Assembly: GCA_054661495.1 (NCBI GenBank)
Contig: BAAFSQ010000111.1
Coordinates: forward strand, 1 to 29,856
Direction of reading: 5' to 3'
From: Zygophlyctis sp. KS116
Lineage: Eukaryota; Fungi; Chytridiomycota
Length of the DNA: 29,856 bases
Position numbers and translations under genes: made by a program. Below are positions 19,901-29,856 of this stretch, piece after piece; position 1 is the stretch's first letter, and each line of letters starts with the position of its first letter. The notes under the pieces were generated by a model that saw only the letters and a program-made list of their open reading frames with translations, searched no databases and was not told the origin of the DNA.

Positions 19901-22900
19901 ACATATCACGCCTCTTGTCATGATATAGTTTTTTCCGATCAGGGAGTAATGGTTCTTGGAAGCGGGGTATACCGAATCGGAAGCAGTGTAGAATTCGATT
20001 GGTGCGCTGTTCGCTGTATTCGCACCCTTAGATCAAGTGGATATAAGACCGTCATGGTTAATTACAATCCTGAAACTGTTTCTACAGATTACGATGAAGC
20101 TGATCGCTTGTATTTTGAAAATCTTACTTTGGAAACTATTCTGGATATTTACGAAGTAGAAAATTCCGTGGGAGTTGTCGTCTCAATGGGCGGACAAACC
20201 CCTAATAATATAGCTTTGTCTTTATACAGAGAAAATGTGAAGATTCTCGGAACCTCACCGGAAATGATAGACGGTGCTGAAAATAGATATAAGTTTTCTA
20301 GAATGCTGGACAAGATCGGTGTTGATCAACCGTTATGGAAAGAGCTGACATCTAATGAAGAAGCTGCTAAGTTTTGCAACACTGTTGGATATCCAGTCCT
20401 AGTACGTCCTTCCTATGTACTGTCTGGTGCTGCCATGAATGTGGTTTATACACAAAATGATTTATTCAATTATTTAGCCATGGCTGTAAATGTTTCTAAA
20501 GAATATCCTGTTGTAATTTCCAAGTTTATTGAAGAAGCAAAAGAGATCGAATTGGATGCAGTTGCTTTGAATGGACAAGTTATTGCTCATGTAATCTCTG
20601 AGCACGTTGAAAATGCAGGAGTTCATTCCGGAGATGCTACATTGATTCTTCCACCTCAAGATCTAGATCCAGAAACAGTTCGCAAGATTGAAGACGCAAC
20701 AAGAAAGATAGGTCTCTCTCTGAATGTAACTGGGCCTTTTAATATTCAATTTATTGCTAAAAACAATGAAATCAAAGTGATAGAGTGTAATGTCAGAGCA
20801 TCCAGATCTTTCCCTTTTGTATCAAAGGTTCTTGGAAATGATTTGATTGAATTGGCTACAAAAGCAATTATGGGCATTCCTTTTGAACTTCCCACTTTGG
20901 ATGTACCTCCAAACTATGTAGCCGTTAAAGTTCCTCAGTTTAGTTTCGGCCGATTATCTGGCGCAGACCCTGTACTAGGAGTTGAAATGGCATCCACTGG
21001 TGAAGTTGCATGTTTCGGGCATGACAAGTACGAAGCGTATATGAAGGCATTATTAGCAACTGGATTTATTATGCCCCAAAAAAATATTTTGCTATCTATT
21101 GGCTCATATAAGGAAAAACTAGAATTTTTACCGTCAGTGAAAAAGTTGCATCAAATGGGCTATAATATATTCGCTACTTCTGGTACGGCAGACTTTATTC
21201 AAGAATATAATATTCCGGTGAAACTCCTGGAAGCATTGGATGAAAATGGATCTGATAATTATCAAAAGCTTGAATACAGTCTTCATCAGCATATTTCGAA
21301 TAACCTTATTGATCTATACATTAATTTGCCGTCAAAGAACCGCTACCGCCGACCCGCTAGTTACATGTCGCGTGGTTACAGAAGCAGAAGAATGGCAGTC
21401 GATTTTGATATCCCATTAATAACGAACATAAAATGCGCTAAATTGTTGGTGGAAGCTCTTAGTCGAAAAATAGATCTGTCAGTCAGTGCAATTGATTATA
21501 AGACGTCTCACAGCATAGTGACACTTCCTGGATTGGTCTGCTTACAAACATTTGTAAAGGATATAGGGGAGCCCGATTGCGACTTTTCTAAAATTAGCAA
21601 GGCTGCGATAGCTGGAGGATTCACATCCGTCTACATTTGTCCTGTCGGTTTAACAGAGAGTATTAAAGACAAGGCTACTCTGGATATAGCACGAAAATCA
21701 TGCTTAAATCAGTCTATTTGTGACTTTTCTCTTTCGGTAGCAGCAACTGATATAAATTCTGGGATGCTTCCTCCAATTGTGGGAGACGCAGCAGCCTTGT
21801 TTTGCAGCTTCCAAAAGTCTTCAACTGCATTTATTAGTTCTCTCAATTCGATTTCTGAACATGTCAAATCTTGGCCTGAGGAGGGGCGAATAATCACCGA
21901 TGCAAAGTCTGCCGATCTTGCCTCTATTTTATTCTTTTGCAGTCTCAAGAAAAGATCAATCCATGTGACAAATGTTTTATCAAAGGAGGATATTCAATTA
22001 ATTGCCATCAGCAAGGAAAATGGAGTTGCAGTAACTTGTGATGTTAATGTTTACAATATGTTTTTCTCAAAGCTGGCATTTAATTCCCCATCACTTGGAA
22101 GCGTTGGGGACATTCAAGAGCTATGGAAAAATTTGTCCGTTATTGACTGTTTTTCGGTTGGTCCTACCCCATATTTAGTTGGGAAATCATTGGGCCATTC
22201 TGTTTCATCCGCTATAGGAATCGAGGAAGCTCTGCCGTTATTGTTGATGGCAGTTGAAGAAGGGAAACTAACCATGGAAGATATAAGAGAAAAGCTTCAT
22301 GACAACCCAATTAGTATATTTGGACTTCCAGATCAACCTGATACTTACATTGAGGTTGAAGTTGATCGCAAGCAAGTTGTTCCTGACACAGGATTTGAAA
22401 ATGCGCTTTCAGCATGGAGCCCAGTTGCTCAAAAGTTTCTGGGTGGATTTATCCATAGAGTAGTGATTCGTGGAGAAACAGTCTATCTTGATGGCTCGTT
22501 CTTTGGAGACAATAATGGAAGAGATGTTTCAAGTGTTGCCAATTTGATATCCCGAACAAATAGAATATCTTCGCCAGCTCGCCGACCTGCTTCATTCATT
22601 TCGGATTTCAAAGAAAGAAATCAATCACCAGGAACTCGTAGCTCTATTCTTGAATTTCTTAACCCAACCACTGAAGGGGACTCTTCTGAGTTGATGGAGA
22701 TTCATCAAAAGCCAAAATTCAAATTTCATGAATCAGCAGACACAAGAGGTCAATCAGAGTCTCTCTATTCCAAGACTTTGCCAATTGCCATGTCTAATTC
22801 TGTGTTTTTCAGAAAACACATTGTAAGTGTGAAAGCCTTTTCCCGCTCAGACCTCCACTTATTATTCAGTGTTGCACAAGAAATGAAAACATTGATTGGA

Positions 22901-23798
22901 CGAGGAGGCAAAATTGATTATCTTGGAGGAAAAGTGATGTGCTCTGCGTTTTGGGAACCATCTACCCGTACTTCAAGCTCTTTTGAATCTGCCATGTATC
23001 GTTTGGGTGGGAGTGTAGTTTCAATTAATCAAATAACTAGCTCTATAACCAAGGGAGAATCTATGGCTGACACTGGTAATTATCTTTTAAATTAATATGC
23101 ATTAGTTAAGACACTTTCTTGCTATGGGGACTTAATTGTTATGCGCCACCCTGAAGCTGGCTCTGCTGCTACAGCTTCCAAGTATGCACTAGTTCCAGTT
23201 ATAAATGCTGGAGATGGAATCGGTGAACATCCTACTCAGGTAATTCTATTTTATTTATTCCTAGGCCTTTCTAGATATTTTCACTATTAGAGAAGAATTA
23301 GGAACAGTCAATGGTCTAACTGTAACCATTGTAGGTGACTTGAAACACGGTCGAACTGTTCATTCTCTAGTCAAACTTTTATCTAATTATCAGATAAAAC
23401 TGAATTATGTATCTCCCAAAAGTCTCCAGATGCCTTTAGAAGTCAAAAATGAATTGTCCTCACTTGGAATTTTCCAGTATGAAACCTCTAGTTTGGAAGA
23501 AGTTATTGGTCAAACTGACGTACTTTATGTGACTCGTATTCAAAAAGAGCGTTTTTCATCCCTTGAAGAATATAATACTGTTGCAAATTCTTATATTGTA
23601 ACAAACAAGGTTTTACAGAATGCCAAACCACAAATGATTGTTATGCATCCACTCCCTCGAGTGAATGAAATTGATCCTGAAGTTGATTTTGATCAACGAG
23701 CAGCTTATTTCAGACAAATCAAGTATGGTCTCTATGTCCGAATGGCATTATTATTATTGGTATTGGGTGAAACTCAACATTTAAAATCAATAAAGTAA
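16979..23798 (+). CDS. URA2: Multifunctional pyrimidine synthesis protein: GATase + carbamoyl-phosphate synthetase + pseudo-dihydroorotase + aspartate transcarbamylase (~2210 aa, 7 introns)
   Basis: [48 protein letters not shown]. Introns 17079-17101, 18440-18464, 18905-18930, 19180-19207, 19484-19513, 23076-23105, 23240-23264. Confidence 0.97.
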
Positions 23799-23832
23799 TA
23801 GATTGACGACACGAACCGTTATAAAATTTTAA

Positions 23833-25512
23833 ATGTCGCAAGAACGACAAGAACTCATTGACAAGGGAAAACAGCTCTTCAAGAGTAAATTATCAGATGA
23901 ATCTCAAGTCTGGAAAGAATCCAGTTTGAAATTTCAGACGAAATATCAAGAGTCAGTTCTAGTGAATCAGGAACTTAAATTGTTGTTGGAAAGTTGTCTG
24001 AATGCAAAACAAGATTTGATCAAAGACTTGTCGTCTGCCAATGAATTATTATTCCAAAAAGACTCAAAGAATGGTATCTCTAGTGTTTGTTCTCGGGAAA
24101 CTCAAACATTTAAAATGTATGAATCTCACTCAACTCAAACTCATGCCGACAATGTCAAAGAGCCGGAAATTTCAAGCTCATTCTCTCAAACAGAGACTAA
24201 AACAGAGAGTACAGAATCATTACCGGAATCAAATGATAGTGTTAAAAATCAATTAACACATATTAGAGATGCATATGAAAGAGCTCAGTCTCAAATGCAA
24301 TTGTTGGGGAATGCAAATGCGCAGCTAAAGGTAGATTTGGAAAATGAAAAGAAAATTAGTGCATTATTAGAAGGTAAATTATGAAATTTTGAATAAATTT
24401 TAGCTGAAGTTAATACTCTACCTGATTATATACAAAAATATCATTCAGAAAGAAAAACTCTACTAGAAAAATTAATGTTGGAAAGAGAAAAAGTTGCAAA
24501 ATTAAATAGGAAAATTCATGAAATTAATAATTCTGGGGAAAAAAATGAGAGTGGGCAATTGGGAATGGGAAATTTAATTGAATTTAATGATGAAGATTTA
24601 AAGACTGGGATGAATATTTCACCTATTTCAAGAAAAAGTGTTTCTCCTAGTCTAAAGGAAAATGTTTCACAGGTTTCAAATAAGGAATCTCCTATCTCGC
24701 AAAGAAATGATTCGCCCATTTTAAAAGAAAATACGTTTCCCGTTGCAAAAGAAAATACGTCTCCCAAGAAGGAAGTTGATATATCTCCCAGGACAGAAGT
24801 GGATATATCGCCCAAAAAGGAAGTTGATATTTCTCCCAATACAGAAGGGGGTAAGTCTCCAGATCTGAAAGCTTTGGAGCGTTCAAATATCTCAGAATCA
24901 TCCCAAATATTGTCTATTCAAGAGGAAAATCAAAAAATATTAACTGAAAAAGTGATTGTAGACAGCCCTCCTAACCAAAATAATTTTTTAAAAGATAAAG
25001 TTCTTTTGGAGCCGCTCATGACAGTATCTCCAGAAAACATATCATTTCAGACTCTGAAAAATGATGCTACTCAAAAGAAAACTGTTTCGTCTGGAGATAA
25101 AGATAGTACTTCTTTATCTATACAATCACCAAAACAAGAAAGCTTCACTGACAAATTACCAGCTACACTTACTGGGGAAACTATTCAAGACAATCCTCTC
25201 GGTAATGTTGAATTACGTGTCGAAACTATGGATAATATTCCATCTGATTCTGCTAAATCTCCTGCAGAATACATAGATACACAAAGTAATACTGCATACA
25301 ATGATAAAAATGATCATTTAAAGGTAGACACAATAACATTTAAATCAGACAAGCTTGTTTCTGCAACAAGTCCTCCTGAAATCAAGCCTTCTTCTGCAAC
25401 AGTAAATCATACAGATCTCGAATCTACTGCGAGTGAAAATATACCTTTGGGAATGATTCATGATCAGTCAATCTGCTATAATTGTCAGTATTATAAAGAT
25501 ATTAATTTGTAA
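23833..25512 (+). CDS. Coiled-coil protein, GM130/Golgin-45-like (~549 aa, 1 intron)
   Basis: Intron 24374-24403 joins the 183-aa and 345-aa ORFs. Coiled coil, TLPDYIQKYHSER (resembles GM130 TIGEYIALYQSQR), a long disordered Ser/Pro region, and C-terminal CYNC...DINL. Confidence 0.55.
24760..24846 (+). repeat. Coding minisatellite, 24-bp unit x ~3.6 (SPxxEVDI)
   Basis: SPKKEVDI-SPRTEVDI-SPKKEVDI-SPNTE. Confidence 0.9.
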
Positions 25513-25543
25513 ATTCTTTCAGTCAAAATTTAAAAACCTTGAG

Positions 25544-27716
25544 ATGGATGATTGTTTAATTATTAATGATTTATGTGTATCTGCGATCAATGGTGTAGAT
25601 GGATGGGAAAGAACTAAAGCACAGCCTTTAATGATTTCTCTAAACTTGGGATTACGAATAGATCCGGCCGATCAGATGGAGTTGAACTATTCGACTGTTG
25701 CAAAACAAGTGATTGAATTCACTTCTAAATCAAAATATAAATCAATGCTAGAGCTTGCAGTTGCAATCGCTGATCTATGTTTACAGAAAACCGATTGGGT
25801 AAAAGTGCGGCTAGAAAAGCCCAAGGCCTTACTTCATGCCGATGCAGCTGGTGTATTTATAACTAGACCAGCAAATGATCGGGAGCCAGATCAGCTATAT
25901 ATTAAGAATCTACAGGTTAATGCTATTCTTGGAATCAATCCTTGGGAAAGGGAATCTAAACAAAAGATCATGTTGAATTTAACTATATATGATATTGCAG
26001 ATGCTTTTAGCTATAGAACTATTGCAAGATTGTTGGATGAATATGTTCAAAAATCATGTTTTAAAACTGTTGAAGCATTGGTATCTGAAGTTGCAAGAGT
26101 TGTAGTGCAGGAATGTGGAGTAAGAAAGGTTACAGTTAAGTTGGAAAAACCGAGCGCTTTATTATTTGCTAAAGGTAATTTTTAAAATTTATTCACATTT
26201 CAGCTGCGGGAGTACAAATTACAAGAGATCTTTCTTTTTATGATATAGATCGCTCTAATTTAGGTAACCATTCAGAAAATATAGTATATTTGGCTTTAGG
26301 ATCAAATCAAGGGAATAGAATTGCAGCGATAGAAGATGCATTAGAAATGCTAGAGTCCGAGAATGTGTGTATTCTTGATTCTTCATTTTTGTACGAAACG
26401 GTCCCAATGTATGTGTCTGATCAGCCAAATTTTTTGAACGCAGTCATCAAAATATCAACTACTCTTGAACCTCACCAGCTAATTAAACTACTTAAAAGAA
26501 TTGAACTTTCGCTTGGGAGGGCTTTGAATGGAATTAGAAATGGACCCCGAATCATAGATTTAGATATACTATTTTTTAATGATTTAGATCTATCCGATGA
26601 AGAATTAATTATTCCTCATCCAAGAATGCAAGAGAGGGAATTTGTACTAAGGCCTCTATGCGAGTAATAGTTTTACGGTTAATCAATAGTATCGCATCTA
26701 AAAAAGAGCACCCAAAGCTCTTTCGGACGTGTCAACAACTACTAAATCAGCTGATGCATAGACAAGCAGATCAGGAAATAAAGCAGTTGGCAAAAAAAGT
26801 TGTTTGTATTCGTGGTAAAACATGGATATGGGATGAAAAAACATGGATAATGGGAATCTTAAATGTCACCCCAGACTCATTTAGCGATGGTGGATTATAT
26901 AACAACGATCCAGTTGGGCGTGCTCTTAAATTAAGTGAAGAGGGTGCAGATATTATTGATATTGGCGGAATGTCTACTAGACCAGGGTCAGATCCTATAC
27001 CGATCGATGATGAGCTCAATCGCTGTATTCCTCCAATGAAAGAAATTAGAGCGAATAACAATGATTTAGTCATTTCAATTGACACATACCGGTCAGCCGT
27101 TGCCCAAGAAGCTATAAAAGCTGGTGCTGACCTAATCAATGATGTATCTGGTGGATTGCTTGATTCGGACATGCTCGCAACAATGGCGAAAGCAAAAGTC
27201 CCCGTCGTAATTATGCATCTTAGAGGGAGTAATTTCATTTTAACTAACCATGCATAGCCCCTAAAACCATGTCTCAGCTCGTAGAGTATAAAAATGATGA
27301 CGTGATTGCAGGTATTATAGAGGCTTTAGATGAGAGAGTAATAAAAGCCATTTCGACTGGTGTAAGAAGATGGAATATTATATTGGACCCTGGAATCGGT
27401 AAGAAAAATATTTTTAACAATTAAAAAAGGATTTGCAAAGAATTCATTACAAAATTTTGAGATCATAAAAAATATGGGGAAAATTAACAGTTCAGGCAGC
27501 CCCCTATCTGGCTTTCCTCTGCTAGCTGGACCATCAAGAAAAGGTTTCATTGGTTCCGCAACGTTCAAAAGTGACCCTAAAGACAGATCATATGGTACTG
27601 CAGCAGCTGTTACATCATGTATTTTTAGCGGGGCTCATATGGTTCGCGTTCATGATGTTTCAGAAATGATAGATGTCGTCCGAGTAGCTGATAAATGTAA
27701 TAAAAATACATCTTGA
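25544..27716 (+). CDS. FOL1: Trifunctional folate synthesis protein: DHNA x2 + HPPK + DHPS (~685 aa, 4 introns)
   Basis: Two FolB-like repeats (GVDGWER / GINPWER, LEKP.AL), ALGSNQG...GPRIIDLDIL...IPHPRMQER, MGILNVTPDSFSDGG, STRPG, SRKGF, RVHDV. Introns 26175-26203, 26664-26689, 27229-27257, 27399-27429. Confidence 0.96.
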
Positions 27717-27724
27717 TTGTCTTT

Positions 27725-29856
27725 TCAATTGACCTTATAGTTTTCGATTATTTTCCAAGTAAAATCATCAAATATCATCTTATCAAACAAGACTTCCTGA
27801 ATAAACTTACGTGCAGGTAAACGAAAATGATAATTTTCAAACATTTTAAAAACTTCCATGAAGAGTCGAGGATCAGTGAAAAGGTCAGGATTTGACATTC
27901 GCATCCTAATGAGCTTTTTTGAACTTGCATTTGACAAAATATGATTGCTAAGGTTGTTAACATTTTCAAGAATTTCACTGAATTCAATAATATCTTTTGA
28001 TGATATATAGTTTTTCTCTGATATTTCGTAATTATTGTTTAAATTCTTTTAGTTTAACGTTACCAAATTACCTTCAAAAACAATTTCAAATCAGTAGGAA
28101 AGGAAAAGCGTTTAGCATGAGACACAGAAACCCAGCCAAATTCTTCAAGGGATAGTGATCCTTCTTCAGTTTGACCAATTAAGCCGATGACATAAAAACA
28201 CGTACTAGATGTAAAAAAAATTTCCAAAAATACCCTCTAATAGATAGGCAACTGTGTTCACGGACGATGAGAGTTAATTCCTTAAGAGTCTCGGGATAAT
28301 GGCGTACAAAGTGAGATCCAGTACGACTACTTAAAATATAGCCCTAAAGTAATTACAAAGAATCAAAATACCAAAGCCCATAACGCTGCTTTGAACTCAA
28401 TAGATTTTATCGGTTTCGTCTTCCAATCTCTAATAATATATATCAATTCTGTAATATATCCCTTCTTTTTCAACAAATTACAACCTTCAGGTGTTTGACA
28501 TAGCTCTCCATAAAAATGAGCCGGCATCTTTGATAGGTATGGCATAAATTTCGACTTTCCAATCGATGAGAAAGAACTTGAAACTAAAAGCTCTTCGAGA
28601 TAAAGCTCAATACAGACGACAAACCGAACGTTACCTGCCTAAATATGTTAAAATTATCGGAAACTTACTTTATGCCATTCAACAACTTCAGCTTCAATGA
28701 AACCCATTTTACTCAAAAACTCAAATCCTGATGATGCACCTAGAAGTCTAAATATTTAGCACTAAAAAATAAATACCTGGTTTTTAAAGAAAATGAAAAT
28801 TCCTCTACATTAGAAAAAATGGGCCGTAAATTGATTATAACGTCGATTATCTTGTAATCCCTTTGACACAAATTGTCTAATATAAGAACTGCGTATCTAG
28901 CTATTTCAGAGTCTGCATCATAGATCTTTGGATTATAATTCAAAAACATACAAGTGTTACTAGCATATAAATAGCCCAATCCAGCTTAAATTTTGAATTC
29001 ATACAAAGTCGGCCTAGATATTCCATCGCATATTTTCGAATCGACTTTCAGTTAATTTGAATTAATTATACCTTATTTCCGCTGGACAAATATCGTGTCA
29101 ACAGAAGGCGAGAATGACCATCACTTTTGTTAGAAAATATAACAAAACTATACTTAAAACAGTCCATTTTAGAAATTATCAGCATGGCCACATCGTCTCT
29201 ATTTTTCGAGAATGTTAGCGAGTAAAGAACATTGATAAGACGAGTTTCTTCTAAAACTCTACAAAATAAAAAAATTCACAATTACCTAGATCCAACTGGA
29301 TGACTTAATACTTTTCCAAGTATAGTAAAATATTCGGCAGAAAGTGTCTTTTTTAATCGCTCTATTGAGAAGAACGAAGCCAAACTCGAGGAGCTAGCAC
29401 TTCCGGACTAAGTTTAGAAATTAAAAAATGTACCTGAATTATTTGAACTAAACAATCACCAATTTCAGGGAATAATCGATGCTCTTCAAGTAATTTTAAG
29501 CCTTCACCATTCTGAAAGAGTAACTCTAGTATTTCCAATAGAACCGTCACATGGATAGACATGGAACCGTCATTCTGCTATCTATTTTAGAAGTGATTTT
29601 CTTACATTAGGAATCTCCGAGAATTGCAGACTCAATGGTCGGTAGTAACTTAAAACCCTGCGAAAGAATTTTGTCAATTTAAAGACTTCATCTAATCTTC
29701 TTGGGTTCATTTGAAGGGTTTTAATGAGTTCATAGATTGAGTCCCAATTCCATGTTTCGTGGCTTGATGATTGTTCTAGTACCTGAATGTTAAGAAATAA
29801 GTCACATACTTTTGTTTCATTTAAAAGATTTTTAATTAAGAATTCATCTGCATTCT
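27725..29856 (-). CDS. TORC2 subunit RICTOR/Avo3, C-terminal part (5' end outside the window)
   Basis: WNWDSIYELI...KFFRRVLSYYRP, MPAHFYGELCQTPEGCNLL, KAALWALG, LSIRGTCFYVIGLI, YHFRLPARKFIQEVLF. Many short introns. Confidence 0.9.

Noticed and set aside
25460-25543. Longer FOL1 N-terminus overlapping the upstream gene
   Set aside because: Homology starts at Met 25544. The extension overlaps the golgin-like C-terminus and is unsupported, though a targeting isoform cannot be excluded.
26771-27238. 155-aa antisense ORF and other antisense ORFs (2181-2387, 8034-8303, 24516-24839)
   Set aside because: They lie opposite well-supported genes and contain no recognisable motifs.
3053-27716. Pterin/folate gene cluster (PTPS + FOL1) or bacterial QueD
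   Set aside because: The genes are ~22 kb apart with unrelated housekeeping genes between them. PTPS is eukaryotic-type and has an intron.

Overview
AT-rich, very compact eukaryotic genomic DNA. It is most consistent with a zoosporic (chytrid-like) fungus: fungal-type URA2, FOL1 and FZO1 occur together with the flagellar genes IFT172 and a BBS2-like gene. The fragmented ORF track reassembles into spliced genes with tiny GT-AG introns (23-32 nt among those measured). In order they are VMA13, NUF2, PTPS, BBS2-like, FZO1, a Crinkler-like gene, IFT172, tRNA-Tyr, a PCTAIRE CDK, URA2, a golgin-like gene, FOL1 and partial RICTOR. The main anomaly is a 1585-bp insert (7586-9170) encoding a Crinkler (CRN)-type header fused to an atypical PI3K/HipA-like kinase. 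It is flanked by a 599-bp near-perfect direct duplication (one mismatch) of the convergent 3' ends of FZO1 and IFT172, so both host genes stay intact. At the left junction the insert supplies an in-frame ATG to the duplicated IFT172 Cys-rich tail, creating a potential new 146-aa chimeric gene. A decayed tRNA-Tyr copy lies directly upstream of the intact tRNA-Tyr.
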